Assembly (NCBI GenBank): GCA_944389345.1
Contig: CALXMA010000003.1
Location: 24,294 to 88,293 of the forward strand
Direction of reading: 5' to 3'
From: an uncultured Alphaproteobacteria bacterium
Lineage (GTDB): Bacteria; Pseudomonadota; Alphaproteobacteria; Rs-D84
DNA length: 64,000 bases
Positions within the stretch are counted from its first letter, which is position 1; every line of letters starts with the position of its first letter. A program made the translations under genes and the position numbers. Positions 28,146 through 39,034 of the stretch are shown piece after piece. A model generated the notes under the pieces. It made no database searches and had not been told where the DNA came from. It saw only the letters and a program-made list of their open reading frames with translations.

Positions 28146-30017
28146 ATGACTACGAAAATCAAAACAGGCATAAAAAATTTTATTCATGGTGATGAAAAAA
28201 ACGCACGAATTAAATGGTCGTTGTACGGTCGTGTATGGCGTGAAATTGGCCGGCCACAGTTAAAATGGCTGATATTCGGCATATTAGCAACAATAATTGC
28301 CGCCGGCGCCGAAGCGTATACAATCACCCTGGTGCAACAGGTTGTGGACAAGGCCTTTATACAAAAAAGTATGACCCACATATACTTTTTCGGTCTGCAA
28401 GTCATCGCCGCATTCGGGGTCAAGGGTATATTTACATACGCAAAATCACTGTTGATGGCCAAGGCCGGCCTGGGCGCCAGCGCAAAATTACAACAGCGCA
28501 TTTATAACCACATGGTTAAAATGAGCATTTCAAAATTCTATGGCGACGGCATTGGTAAAAATCTGAACTATTTTAATGTCCAGGCCACCGCCGTACTGAA
28601 CCTGGTGACCAGCACGATTGTCAACACCATCCAACAATTTGCCACATTGGCGATGGCATTGGGATTAATGATATATTATGCCCCCCAGATGTGCGCAGTG
28701 CTGTTATTCTTGGTACCCGCAATACTGATACCCATGACATTAATCATGCGTCGTCGTCGCAAACTGTCGCGCGAATCTTTTGGAATTGCGAACGAAGTAT
28801 CGCAACAGTTGAATCAAACACTGCACGGCATAAAAACCATCCAGGCGTTTGGTACCGAAGAATTCGAAACCAAAAAATTCGCCCACGTATTAAATTCTTC
28901 TATTACCAATTCATACAAAGGAACCCAGGCATTTGCCCTGCAATCACCATTACTGGAATTAATGATATCGATTGGCCTGTGTATGGCACTGATTATCGGT
29001 GGTCATTTTATCGTCAGTGGCGCAATAACGACGGGTGATTTCACGGCATTCTTGTTGGCATTAACGGCGGCGTACAAACCCGCGCGCAGTATTACCAGTA
29101 CCAGCAACACAATGCAACATGGCTTGCTTGCGGCCGAGGTTTTATTTGATTTCTTGGACAGTCGCCCCGAAATCACCGATACCGCAAACGCACGCGAATT
29201 ACAACCCGGCAATATGTCGGTTGAATTTGACAACGTTTCATTTGCATACAATCCGGGCGAATTAGTCTTGCGCGACATTAACCTGACGGTACCCGCCGGC
29301 CACGTTTGCGCACTGGTTGGTCCGTCTGGTGGTGGCAAAACCACGTTATTCAATTTAATAGAACGTTTTTACGACCCGACACACGGCCATGTAAAAATAA
29401 ATAATACAGACATAAAAAAATTCACACTGAAATCTTTGCGCCATAATATTGCAGAAGTATCCCAAGACGTATTTCTGTTCAACGGCACAATCGCCGACAA
29501 CATACGATACGGCACACCCGACGCCACGGATGAAATGGTGGAACACGTGGCAAAACTGGCAAATGCGCACGATTTTATTATGGAATTGCCACAAAAATAT
29601 CAATCCCAGGTTGGCGAAGACGGCGCATTACTGTCTGGTGGCCAGAAACAGCGAATCGCCATTGCGCGCGCGATATTAAAAGATGCACCCATCTTGTTGC
29701 TGGACGAGGCGACATCCGCATTGGACACGCACAGTGAAAAATTAATTCAATCCGCCCTGCGCGATTTGATGCGTGGTCGCACCACTTTTGTTATCGCGCA
29801 TCGCTTGTCAACAATACTGGATGCTGATATAATATGTGTTGTCAAAGACGGTCGTATCATAGAACGTGGAACCGATGCAGAATTGGTGAAATTGAACGGC
29901 GAATATAAAAAATTGCGCGACATTCAATTTCAATCGGACACAACATCGGTAAAACCATCACGAACCGCCAATAAAAAGACTGGTACCAAGAATGCAAAAA
30001 AACACAGTGGAAAATAA
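28146..30017 (+). CDS. MsbA-like ABC exporter (fused membrane and ATPase domains)
   Basis: N-terminal membrane domain; GPSGGGKT, LSGGQKQR, LLDEATSALD and IAHRLST motifs. Confidence 0.9.
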   Translation: MTTKIKTGIKNFIHGDEKNARIKWSLYGRVWREIGRPQLKWLIFGILATIIAAGAEAYTITLVQQVVDKAFIQKSMTHIYFFGLQVIAAFGVKGIFTYAKSLLMAKAGLGASAKLQQRIYNHMVKMSISKFYGDGIGKNLNYFNVQATAVLNLVTSTIVNTIQQFATLAMALGLMIYYAPQMCAVLLFLVPAILIPMTLIMRRRRKLSRESFGIANEVSQQLNQTLHGIKTIQAFGTEEFETKKFAHVLNSSITNSYKGTQAFALQSPLLELMISIGLCMALIIGGHFIVSGAITTGDFTAFLLALTAAYKPARSITSTSNTMQHGLLAAEVLFDFLDSRPEITDTANARELQPGNMSVEFDNVSFAYNPGELVLRDINLTVPAGHVCALVGPSGGGKTTLFNLIERFYDPTHGHVKINNTDIKKFTLKSLRHNIAEVSQDVFLFNGTIADNIRYGTPDATDEMVEHVAKLANAHDFIMELPQKYQSQVGEDGALLSGGQKQRIAIARAILKDAPILLLDEATSALDTHSEKLIQSALRDLMRGRTTFVIAHRLSTILDADIICVVKDGRIIERGTDAELVKLNGEYKKLRDIQFQSDTTSVKPSRTANKKTGTKNAKKHSGK

Positions 30018-30783
30018 TTTTGTTCAGACACCAAAACTGGTATGCGTAAAAACGCCACGTGGTCGCTATACATTGAACACGGTGAACGCAAACGGCGACA
30101 TGCGCCGGGTGAAATCTGTTGGTTTTGGCGCCGAACCGTTCCAAATTGTGTCCCAATTCCCGGGTACGCCATTTGTCGCAATAAAACGCTATGTCGCGAC
30201 AAAAACGGGAAACCAACCATGTTTGTATTTATTAAATACACAAACGGGAAAAATAGATGAACAAACGCGCAACGGCGTTGCGGGCGTTTCATATAATCCA
30301 CAAACACGCACGTTTTATTTTGAAAAAAATTTACAAATGTTCACCGCAAACGATGCTGGTGCGATGAATATATTACTGATGTGGTTGTTATTACAACGCC
30401 AAACAGATTCCGCGATAATTCAGAAAATTATGGAATCCCCATCATCCGTATACGCGGTATGCGCCACAACGCATGGCACGCCAATGATGGTGGTACCACA
30501 CAAACCACGCACACGGATAAAGCATCGCCGGTTGCGTAAAAACCGCAAACTTCGCGCGCGCAATAAACGACGCATCACATTGAACCAGGTTCGAAAAAAA
30601 CGTAAACCCGTTCGCATGACGCGTCCGGCAATGCACGCAAAATTTGAAATTCCATATGCACTGAAATCCGCCAATCCGATTCGGTATGGCAAACCACGCA
30701 TTAACGCAAATAATATGCCAAACATGGGAATCCCGGTGGATTACGCGCGCATAATAAATCACCAGTTGGCGCACACACGCTGA
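29992..30783 (+). CDS. Hypothetical protein with Arg/Lys-rich C-terminus
   Basis: 263-aa ORF overlapping the end of the ABC gene; shares a segment with 30837..32480. Confidence 0.6.
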   Translation: MQKNTVENNFVQTPKLVCVKTPRGRYTLNTVNANGDMRRVKSVGFGAEPFQIVSQFPGTPFVAIKRYVATKTGNQPCLYLLNTQTGKIDEQTRNGVAGVSYNPQTRTFYFEKNLQMFTANDAGAMNILLMWLLLQRQTDSAIIQKIMESPSSVYAVCATTHGTPMMVVPHKPRTRIKHRRLRKNRKLRARNKRRITLNQVRKKRKPVRMTRPAMHAKFEIPYALKSANPIRYGKPRINANNMPNMGIPVDYARIINHQLAHTR

Positions 30784-30836
30784 CAGAAAACACAATTTGG
30801 GAAAAACAGAGAGGGAAAACACAAAGAGAATAATTT

Positions 30837-32480
30837 ATGTCAAATGCTATCGATTCGAATAACAAACTAATAGAAACCCTTATCTCTGACCCAGAAATTG
30901 CAAAAATCGTTGCCGATTTACGTAATACAATTGTAAACTTGTCAGACGCCCTGACAAAAAAATTAACAGAAATAATCCTGGCGAACACATTGCACAACGT
31001 GCAAATCGCATCGGAACAACGCGTTGATGCAACAATCGGCCAAATCGCACAACCACAAAACGATACTGTGCCCCCAGCCCCAGAAAAAACAATTATCGCG
31101 GAACCCGCGCCGGAACAGAACCAAGAAGCAATCGTGTCCGCCAACGCGACACAACCAAAACAACCCAAACGGCGCAAAACACCGGCATACACCACCATTA
31201 ACGACCATGCATTACGCGCCTTGTATTATTACAGAAAAAAGGTCCAACAACCAATTGAACCAGAACTGGATGCGGAACTGACGCGCCGTTTTGCGGGATA
31301 CGACCCAAAGACCCAGCGTTTCACATCAAAACGCGTGCACACCACGGACAACACAAACACCCGGGAATCTAAATCGGTCGCGACGCATCAACCCCCGAAA
31401 ACACCGGCACCGCGCCCCGCCCACAGAATTCCATTATATTCACGCATAACATCTATCAAGGCGGAACGCCCGCGTTATTCGTTATTTTTTAACAACGGCA
31501 ACGGCGAGATTTCTGTTTTACGCACGGCACATGCAGAATACGATTTATATTTATACGACGAATTGGCAAATTGGGCAATTATTCGGAAAAAACAAAGTGT
31601 TCTGGCAAACTTGTACCAATTATTCATCATCGATTTGACCGATGGTCGCGTTTTACCGTGCTCTAAGAAAGGGGTCAAGATTATCCGATACGACACGAAA
31701 TCGCACAAGTTATTCATAGACAAAGAAAACGTAAGTTCAAAAATTGTCGTATCACCGAATCGCGCCACGGGCACTGTTTTTCACGCATTGCCAACCGCCG
31801 AAACGTTAAAGGCGCAATCTGAATCTAAATTCACGGTATTCATCGATGCCCAGGGTCGCGAAACATCATATCCATTAATGCAAATCAAACCGATTGAAAA
31901 GTATGATGAAATGAACGCACGTGTGGATTCGATTATGTCGTCCATTGGCAAATCGCCAAACGTTGTACCAACACAAACGGGACAAAAGAATGACGCGATT
32001 GTGGCGGAACAAACCACCGTGCAACCCGTGCCGACGAAACGCACAACCACACCAACACCGGAAAAAAACGCCGAACAAAATACCAATTATATGATGGTTG
32101 ACGTTAAACCTGGTAAAACCACACTGAACGGATTGTATAACGACGTTTACATAAACGGTAAACGTATGTTTCACAATCATGTTAATACCACGGTAAAATT
32201 ATTCTGCGACGATACAATTGTCGCCATTCATGGAATAATCACAGATAACAATAATTATCCCCAGGCACCAATATGGATGGTATACGACACCAACATGAAA
32301 CTGCGTATACCGACCCAACGTCATGCGTTCTCTAAATATTATATCCAGGGCAAACGTGTTGCAGAAACCGATAACGCATTGTGCATAGTATTGTCAAATG
32401 GTGCGAACGCATACCTGGACACCGAACGCATGAAAAAACTGGCGGGACCGCGCCGATTCAAATTGGAAAAAGAAAGATAA
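30837..32480 (+). CDS. Hypothetical protein with Pro/Thr/Gln-rich linkers
   Basis: 547-aa ORF followed by a terminator. Confidence 0.7.
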   Translation: MSNAIDSNNKLIETLISDPEIAKIVADLRNTIVNLSDALTKKLTEIILANTLHNVQIASEQRVDATIGQIAQPQNDTVPPAPEKTIIAEPAPEQNQEAIVSANATQPKQPKRRKTPAYTTINDHALRALYYYRKKVQQPIEPELDAELTRRFAGYDPKTQRFTSKRVHTTDNTNTRESKSVATHQPPKTPAPRPAHRIPLYSRITSIKAERPRYSLFFNNGNGEISVLRTAHAEYDLYLYDELANWAIIRKKQSVLANLYQLFIIDLTDGRVLPCSKKGVKIIRYDTKSHKLFIDKENVSSKIVVSPNRATGTVFHALPTAETLKAQSESKFTVFIDAQGRETSYPLMQIKPIEKYDEMNARVDSIMSSIGKSPNVVPTQTGQKNDAIVAEQTTVQPVPTKRTTTPTPEKNAEQNTNYMMVDVKPGKTTLNGLYNDVYINGKRMFHNHVNTTVKLFCDDTIVAIHGIITDNNNYPQAPIWMVYDTNMKLRIPTQRHAFSKYYIQGKRVAETDNALCIVLSNGANAYLDTERMKKLAGPRRFKLEKER

Positions 32481-32507
32481 AAAACGCGGGATTCCCCGCG
32501 TTTTTTT
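32479..32507. terminator. Bidirectional terminator
   Basis: aaaaaacgcggg-attc-cccgcgtttttt between convergent genes. Confidence 0.8.
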
Positions 32508-32525
32508 ATTTATCACACAATCGGT

Positions 32526-34583
32526 TTATTGCACCGTCAGTTCTTTGCCATGAACGTCAACATATACGGTACTGCCTTCGCCGACACGCCCCGACAGAAT
32601 CAAATCTGCAACCTTGTCTTCGACCGCGGACGTAATCAAACGCTTTAATGGACGGGCGCCAAACACCGGATCATATCCGTTATTGCCCAACCATTGTATG
32701 GCTTTGTCAGACACCTCTAAACCGATACGACGTTCGGCCAAACTTTTTTCCAAATTGCGCAGTTGTATCCGCACAATACCGGCCATAACGTCTTTGCCCA
32801 GTGGATTAAAGAACACGATTTCGTCGATACGATTTATAAATTCCGGACGAAAACTTTTCTTTACCGCATCCATATCTGGCAAATTACTGGTCATAATGAT
32901 GATGGTGTTTGTAAAGTTCACCACATGACCCTGGCCATCTGTCAACCGTCCATCATCCAATATTTGCAAGAACACATTGAACACATCAGGATTCGCCTTT
33001 TCGATTTCATCGAACAACAAAACCTGATACGGACGACGACGCACGCTTTCGGTCAACACACCACCTTGTTCGTACCCAACATATCCCGGGGGACTGCCAA
33101 TCAGACGCGACACAGAATGCGGTTCCATATACTCACTCATATCGATACGCGTCATCGCGGTATCGTCGTTAAACAGATATTCTGCCAACGCCTTGGCCAC
33201 TTCGGTTTTTCCGACCCCGGTTGGTCCCAAGAACATAAAACTGCCCGACGGACGATGCGGATCAGACAATCCCGCCCGACTGCGCCGTATTGCACGCGCA
33301 ACAACCGTCAACGCATGATCTTGGCCAACGACACGCTTGCGCAGTTCATCTTCGATATTTAATAACTTGGACTGTTCTTCCATACTTAACTTATCTGCCG
33401 GCACCCCGGTCCATTTGCTGACCACGGCGGCGATATGTTCTGGCAACACCGTCTTGTATTCACGCGCATCCGCATTCATTTTACGGATTTGTTCTTCCAG
33501 TTCTGGAATTTTTCCATACTGCAACGCAGACGCTTTTTCGTAATCACCATTACGCATAGCGGTCGCAACCTCGGCCTTGGCCGAATCCAGCGCCGCCATC
33601 GCATCAGACAACGCGCGCATTTTACCCTGCTCTTCGCGCCACTGGGCGGTTAACGTATCAGATTCAGCCTGGGTTTCTTTTATTACTTTTTCTAATTCCG
33701 CCAAACGTTTTTTAGATTCTTCATCTTTTTCTTTTTTCAACGCCTGTTGTTCTATTTTCAATTGCATTAAATGCCGATCAACCTCGTCCAGTTTTTCTGG
33801 TTTTGATGCAATTTCTATACGAACGCGCGCGGCGGCTTCATCGATTAAATCGATTGCCTTGTCTGGTAAAAATCTGTCTGTTATATAACGACTGGACAAC
33901 CGCACGGCCGACACCAACGCGGCATCAGAAATTCTGACCCCGTGATGCCCTTCGTACTTTTCTTTTAACCCGCGCAAAATTGAAATAGTATCATCAACGG
34001 TCGGTTCATCGACATAAACAGGTTGGAATCTGCGCGCCAACGCAGGGTCTTTTTCAATATATTGCCGATATTCGTCCAACGTCGTTGCCCCCAAACAGTG
34101 CAATTCCCCACGTGCCAACATCGGCTTAATCAAATTACCGGCGTCCATAGAACCTTCGCCCTTGCCGGCCCCAACCAGCGTATGCAATTCATCAATGAAC
34201 AAAATAATTTGTCCATCAGAATCTTTGACCGCCTTTAATATCGCCTTGAAACGTCCTTCGAATTGACCGCGGAACATTGCGCCCGCCATCAACGCGCCCA
34301 TATCCAGCGACAATAACTTTTTCTTTAATAAATTTTCTGGAACATCCCCGGACACGATTCGTTCGGCCAAACCTTCGACAATTGCGGTTTTACCAACCCC
34401 CGGATTACCAATCAGCACGGGATTATTTTTTGTACGCCGTGACAGCACCTGAATAGTGCGACGTATTTCTTCGTCCCGCCCGATTACAGGATCTAACTTG
34501 CCATCGGTCGCCAATTTAGTAAAATCGGTTGTATATTTAGCAATGGCCTGTTCGGGTGTTTCTTGCATTTCTTCTGGATTCAT
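32526..34583 (-). CDS. clpB: ClpB chaperone lacking the N-terminal Clp-repeat domain
   Basis: Two AAA+ modules ([16 protein letters not shown]) and a coiled-coil middle domain ending [10 protein letters not shown]; only 685 aa. Confidence 0.92.
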   Translation of the reverse strand: MNPEEMQETPEQAIAKYTTDFTKLATDGKLDPVIGRDEEIRRTIQVLSRRTKNNPVLIGNPGVGKTAIVEGLAERIVSGDVPENLLKKKLLSLDMGALMAGAMFRGQFEGRFKAILKAVKDSDGQIILFIDELHTLVGAGKGEGSMDAGNLIKPMLARGELHCLGATTLDEYRQYIEKDPALARRFQPVYVDEPTVDDTISILRGLKEKYEGHHGVRISDAALVSAVRLSSRYITDRFLPDKAIDLIDEAAARVRIEIASKPEKLDEVDRHLMQLKIEQQALKKEKDEESKKRLAELEKVIKETQAESDTLTAQWREEQGKMRALSDAMAALDSAKAEVATAMRNGDYEKASALQYGKIPELEEQIRKMNADAREYKTVLPEHIAAVVSKWTGVPADKLSMEEQSKLLNIEDELRKRVVGQDHALTVVARAIRRSRAGLSDPHRPSGSFMFLGPTGVGKTEVAKALAEYLFNDDTAMTRIDMSEYMEPHSVSRLIGSPPGYVGYEQGGVLTESVRRRPYQVLLFDEIEKANPDVFNVFLQILDDGRLTDGQGHVVNFTNTIIIMTSNLPDMDAVKKSFRPEFINRIDEIVFFNPLGKDVMAGIVRIQLRNLEKSLAERRIGLEVSDKAIQWLGNNGYDPVFGARPLKRLITSAVEDKVADLILSGRVGEGSTVYVDVHGKELTVQ

Positions 34584-34803
34584 GTTTTATCAATCTCCTT
34601 GTATTTTCCAACTATATATAGTATCACAACCCCCATTTTCAAGGTACAGGAAACAAAACATTGATTTTTTATCCCCAATTGAAAAACCAGATTTTTTGTG
34701 ATATAATTCCCCGAACACGCGCAAAAAGACAAAGAATAAAAGAATTCTTGACTTTTTGGGATTTTTATTATAAATTATGCGCCAGTTATCAAAGGATTAT
34801 AAT

Positions 34804-35178
34804 ATGCCACGCGTATGTAAGGTTACAGGTAAGAAAACAATGGTGGGAATGAACGTATCCCACTCGGAACGCCATACCAAGCGTACATTCTTGCCGAATT
34901 TGCAAAAATTAAAGTTTCACAGCGATATTTTGAATCGCGATTTTTCACTGCGTATTTCTACGGCTGGTCTGCGCACATTGACCAAGCATGGCGGTCTGGA
35001 CGCCTATGTAATGTCCAAATCTCCATCGCGTCTGACCCCGGAAATGGTGGCGATTAAGCGTGCAATTAACAAAAAAATTGGTCCGGCGGAAAAACCGGCC
35101 AAGAAACCGGCGCACAAGGCGAATCGCAGTGCACGCCTGGTAAAAAAGGTAGAAGCACGCAAAAACGCGACAAAATAA
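34804..35178 (+). CDS. rpmB: 50S ribosomal protein L28 with K/A/P-rich C-terminal extension
   Basis: MPRVCKVTGK...NVSHS...TKRTFLPNLQ...GGLDAY. Confidence 0.95.
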   Translation: MPRVCKVTGKKTMVGMNVSHSERHTKRTFLPNLQKLKFHSDILNRDFSLRISTAGLRTLTKHGGLDAYVMSKSPSRLTPEMVAIKRAINKKIGPAEKPAKKPAHKANRSARLVKKVEARKNATK

Positions 35179-35194
35179 CACGCGTTTTGGTTTT

Positions 35195-35279
35195 GGCCCC
35201 GTGGCGGAATTGGTAGACGCGCTTGACTCAAAATCAAGTTCTGCAAGGAGTGTCGGTTCGAGTCCGACCAGGGCCACCA
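35195..35279 (+). tRNA. tRNA-Leu (anticodon CAA)
   Basis: CTTGA-CTCAAAA-TCAAG anticodon arm, long variable arm, GTCGG-TTCGAGT-CCGAC T arm, ACCA end; one C-A mismatch in the acceptor stem. Confidence 0.94.
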
Positions 35280-35590
35280 AAGATATAAACCACCTTTTAG
35301 GTGGTTTTATTTTTGGTCCTGCGTCGGACGAGAAGAGTCCGACCAGTATCGGGCCCCGCAAAAAAATATTTTTGTGGGTGATTTCGCCACCAGAAATATA
35401 AACCACCTTTTGGGTGGTTTTATTTTTGGTCCTGTGTCGGACGAGAAGAGTCCGACCAGTATCGGGCCCCGCAAAAAAATATTTTTTGTGGGTGATTTCG
35501 CCGCCAAAGATATAAACCACCTTTTGGGTGGTTTTATTTTTGGTCCTGTGTCGGACGAGAAGAGTCCGACCAGTATCGGGCCCCGCAAAA
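35273..35590 (+). repeat. 113-114-bp tandem repeat (~2.8 copies) starting in the tRNA-Leu 3' end
   Basis: Units start at 35273, 35386 and 35500; each holds an aaaccacc/ggtggttt terminator-like hairpin and tRNA T-arm-like sequence. Confidence 0.95.
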
Positions 35591-35634
35591 CTATGTTCTA
35601 TACGGACAAAAAAAACGGGGCAAACGCCCCGTAA

Positions 35635-36909
35635 TTATGCGACCTTTTTCGTATTACGTAATATTTCCACGGGCGCCTTTTTCCCGGCAACCACATCTTT
35701 ATCTATTACAATTTCGGCCAAGTCTTCTTTTTCTGGCGCATCAAACATCGGTTGCAACAAAATCTTTTCCAGTATACTGCGCAACCCACGTGCACCCGTC
35801 TTGCGTTCGACCGCCATTTTTGCGATTGCACGCAACCCGTCATCGGTAATATTCAAATGCACGCCGTCCATTTCCAACATAGCCGAAAACTGTTTTACGA
35901 TTGCATTCTTTGGTTCGGTCAAAATCTTGACCAGCGCACTTTCATCTAAATCTTGCAATGTCGTTATAATCGGCAGGCGTCCAACCAATTCCGGGATGAT
36001 TCCGAATTTAACCAAATCTTCGGGTTGCACATCGCCCAGTCGATTTTTTTGTTCACGTTCTTTTTTGGACAAAACATCTGCGCCAAAACCGATGCCTGCG
36101 CGTTCATTTGTACGCGCCCCGATAATTTTATTCAACCCATCAAACGCCCCACCACAAATAAACAGAATCTTGGATGTATCCAATTGCACGGTGGCCTCGC
36201 CCGGGTGCTTGCGCCCTGCACCACCGGCGGGCACATTGGCGACGGTACCTTCGACCAACTTTAACAAGGCCTGTTGCACACCTTCGCCCGACACGTCGCG
36301 GGTCAACGACGGGTTTTCAGACTTGCGTGCAATTTTATCAATTTCATCGATATAGATTATACCGCGACTGGCACGTTCCACATCAAAATTCGCGTTTTGC
36401 AACAACCGCGTTAAAACACTTTCCACGTCATCACCGACATAACCTGCCTCGGTCAAAGTGGTTGCGTCTGCGATTGCGAATGGCACATCCAATATACGCG
36501 CCAACGTCTGGGCGAACAGTGTTTTTCCCGTCCCCGTCGGACCAATCAGCAACACATTAGACTTTTGTATTTCAACCTTGGTATTTTGGGCGACGCTGTG
36601 TCGTTTATAGTGATTATACACCGCCACCGACAAAGTCCGTTTTGCATCATCTTGTCCGACAATATATTCGTTCAAGAAATTATAAATCTGACGTGGTGTT
36701 GGCAACTTGGACGTATCATGTCCGATTTCACTGCGCTGGTCATCGGCCATAATATCATTGCATAAATTAATGCATTCGTCGCAAATACAAACATTGCGTC
36801 CACTGATTAATTTTTTAACCTCATAGACCGCCTTGCCACAAAAACTGCAAAATTGTGGTGTCGTATTTTCTTGGTTTTCCGCCCCAGATTTTACTTTATC
36901 GTCGCTCAT
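35635..36909 (-). CDS. clpX: ATP-dependent Clp protease ATP-binding subunit
   Basis: CSFCGK...ICDEC zinc finger, [25 protein letters not shown] loop. Confidence 0.97.
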   Translation of the reverse strand: MSDDKVKSGAENQENTTPQFCSFCGKAVYEVKKLISGRNVCICDECINLCNDIMADDQRSEIGHDTSKLPTPRQIYNFLNEYIVGQDDAKRTLSVAVYNHYKRHSVAQNTKVEIQKSNVLLIGPTGTGKTLFAQTLARILDVPFAIADATTLTEAGYVGDDVESVLTRLLQNANFDVERASRGIIYIDEIDKIARKSENPSLTRDVSGEGVQQALLKLVEGTVANVPAGGAGRKHPGEATVQLDTSKILFICGGAFDGLNKIIGARTNERAGIGFGADVLSKKEREQKNRLGDVQPEDLVKFGIIPELVGRLPIITTLQDLDESALVKILTEPKNAIVKQFSAMLEMDGVHLNITDDGLRAIAKMAVERKTGARGLRSILEKILLQPMFDAPEKEDLAEIVIDKDVVAGKKAPVEILRNTKKVA

Positions 36910-36947
36910 TCCCGTTTGTCCCCGTCTTGGTAAAATCAACTGTTTTT

Positions 36948-37529
36948 TTATTTACGTTTCAGCACGCCATCAATCAGGCCGAAATCTTTGGCCTCGTCCG
37001 GCGTCATCCAATTATCGCGTTCCATGGCATCGAACAGTTCTTTTTCTTTACGTCCTGTAAATTCAGCCATTTGCTTAATCAACGTCTGTTTATTTTTCTG
37101 ATACTGTGCCATACGAATTTCCATATCGGTAATTTGTCCTTCGGCGCCGGCCAACGGCTGGTGTATCATGATTTGCGTATTTGGTAAAACAAAACGTTTT
37201 CCCTTTTCCCCGGCCGCCAACAGAACCGATCCCATGGACGCCACCAGTCCCATACCAATGGTTGACACAGGCGCCTTGATATATTGCATAGTATCCATTA
37301 TCGCCCACCCGGCGGACACATCACCCCCCGGCGTATTAATATACAAAGAAATATCTGCATTTGGATTTTCAGATTCCAAGAACAACAATTGCGCCACAAT
37401 CGTATTGGCCATACCCGGTTCAATTTGTCCATTAATCATAACAATACGATCACGCAACAGTCTGGAATAAATATCAAACGAACGTTCACCACGTGGCGAT
37501 TCTTCGATTACAACTGGTATCAAAGACAT
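36948..37529 (-). CDS. clpP: Clp protease proteolytic subunit
   Basis: [20 protein letters not shown] and ERDNW motifs. Confidence 0.97.
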   Translation of the reverse strand: MSLIPVVIEESPRGERSFDIYSRLLRDRIVMINGQIEPGMANTIVAQLLFLESENPNADISLYINTPGGDVSAGWAIMDTMQYIKAPVSTIGMGLVASMGSVLLAAGEKGKRFVLPNTQIMIHQPLAGAEGQITDMEIRMAQYQKNKQTLIKQMAEFTGRKEKELFDAMERDNWMTPDEAKDFGLIDGVLKRK

Positions 37530-37693
37530 TACTAAATCCTTACTTTTTTACACCAAGAACTATATCATACAAAAACCCGATTCGCGAATTTATCATATAT
37601 ATAGTCCCCAAACACAAAAATACAACCCACATTTTTATGTTGACAAATTTTACTTATAGTATATCTTGTTTCTAAAAGGAATTTTTATAAAAA

Positions 37694-38077
37694 ATGACAC
37701 AAGAACACACAACTGGTTTTTATATGCTGGAAATGGCGCGTTTGAAACGGTTAATCGCGACATCTGTTGCCGAACACCAGAAAGTTTACGACGCGAACGT
37801 AAAAAACGTCGCCGAAATCCAAGAACTGCGGAAAAATCCGGCCCAAGATTTCGCGGCCCACATATTCGGTTATGCCGATATTGACCCTGATTCTGGTGAA
37901 ACAATCGAATTACGCCAAGAAATTTTGGCCATGAAATCTGATTACGACCTGGCACACACAGAAATGATGACGTCGCCCGCGTACCAGAACATCAGACTGT
38001 CCGAATTACGTTTTCTGCAAAGACAAAGAAAAACAATATCGAACCTGATTAAAAAAATTGCCCGCACGCGTGAATAA
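37694..38077 (+). CDS. Hypothetical helical protein
   Basis: 127-aa ORF divergent from clpP with AAGGA upstream. Confidence 0.6.
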   Translation: MTQEHTTGFYMLEMARLKRLIATSVAEHQKVYDANVKNVAEIQELRKNPAQDFAAHIFGYADIDPDSGETIELRQEILAMKSDYDLAHTEMMTSPAYQNIRLSELRFLQRQRKTISNLIKKIARTRE

Positions 38078-38100
38078 GACATTCGCATACTTATTTAATC

Positions 38101-38129
38101 TTGCAAATATTTATTTTTAACGATAACAT
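38101..38129 (+). promoter_or_regulatory. Putative sigma70 promoter of cassette A
   Basis: TTGCAA-17 nt-TAACAT just upstream of the first leader hairpin. Confidence 0.6.
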
Positions 38130-38137
38130 GATATTTG

Positions 38138-38377
38138 TGAATGGGTGTTCCATTCATGGGGTGTAACGACCTCTGCACACGCGTCGGAATATAATCTCGT
38201 GGCGCATCAATTGCGCTATTTTTACTATTACGACGAAAAACAAACTCCTGATTTTATGGGTCAGGAGGGTCGCGGAATATCAAATACGCGACACAATTCG
38301 TGTGATTGTCGTTAACCTCCTGACCACCAAATTTTGTTGGTGGTTTTTCATTTCGAAAAACATCAGGAGTCCAGACA
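38138..38377 (+). ncRNA. Structured leader RNA, copy A (C4/CI-like switch; NCCA-ended module 38259-38329; terminator 38322-38348)
   Basis: Same order of hairpins as copies B and C with compensatory changes; GGTCAGGAGG / CCTCCTGACC + ACCA. Confidence 0.75.
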
Positions 38378-38914
38378 ATGAAAACAAATTTTATATTACA
38401 CATTGGGATATTTGCGATACTAACCACAATACCCAACATCGCCAATGCAATTGGCATCGGTGGTACTGGTTGTATTCAAGGCCCCGGCATGACTTGCGAA
38501 TGTTCTGGTGGAAGCAACGCTGGTGCAACATGCACGGTAAATTCACAATGCCCTGGTGGAACATGCGTAAACGTCGGCGGCGGTATAACGCCGCCCACCC
38601 TTTGCACCCCAGAAAACTGCAAACCGACCACAACCGGTTGGGGTTCATGCGGTGTTGGCGCCAATTCGTATGTCGAATGCGAAGCAACCGCCGAATGCGT
38701 GAACAATTTGTGTGTACGTGGCCAAAATTACCGTTGTGTTGCCGGCGCATACGGCAACCCCAGCGCATCAAACGAAACCGCCTGTGCACCATGCCCATCA
38801 CCCGGAACATCGGCCGCGGGTTCGACCAGTCAATCCGATTGTTATATTCCGGCCGGAACCACCGGGTCGGACAGTACGGGCACGTATAAATATACGGCCA
38901 ATTGTTATTACTGA
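38378..38914 (+). CDS. Small Cys-rich secreted protein (family S)
   Basis: Signal peptide ILTTIPNIANA; C-terminal CYIPAGTTGSDSTGTYKYTANCYY. Confidence 0.85.
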   Translation: MKTNFILHIGIFAILTTIPNIANAIGIGGTGCIQGPGMTCECSGGSNAGATCTVNSQCPGGTCVNVGGGITPPTLCTPENCKPTTTGWGSCGVGANSYVECEATAECVNNLCVRGQNYRCVAGAYGNPSASNETACAPCPSPGTSAAGSTSQSDCYIPAGTTGSDSTGTYKYTANCYY

Positions 38915-38918
38915 TGCA

Positions 38919-38966
38919 TTTCCCCCAAAAAACATTCCCCCATCTTGGGGGAATGTTTTTGTTATT
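38919..38966 (+). terminator. Terminator-containing ~48-bp element, near-identical to 50648..50694
   Basis: tttcccccaaaaaacattccccca(t/c)...gggggaatgttttt; differs from the other copy by one substitution and one indel. Confidence 0.8.
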
Positions 38967-39034
38967 ACGCGCGCATATATGGGGTACGCCAATTTCATAA
39001 AAAAATCCCCATTTCGGGGATTTTTCACAACACC

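Noticed and set aside
35273-35590. CRISPR array or small ORFs inside the repeat
   Set aside because: Units are near-identical along their whole length and derive from the tRNA end and terminator; the ORFs are by-products of the repeat
35528-36355. 275-aa plus-strand ORF
   Set aside because: Antisense to clpX with no recognisable motifs
38259-38329. True tRNA genes or T-box riboswitches in leaders A, B and C
   Set aside because: There is an acceptor-like stem and NCCA but no TTCRA T-loop at the proper place, no D-loop GG and no T-box UGGNACC bulge
38101-38966. Prophage or integrated mobile element around the C4-like leaders
   Set aside because: No integrase, transposase, antirepressor or phage structural genes; flanks are housekeeping or envelope genes
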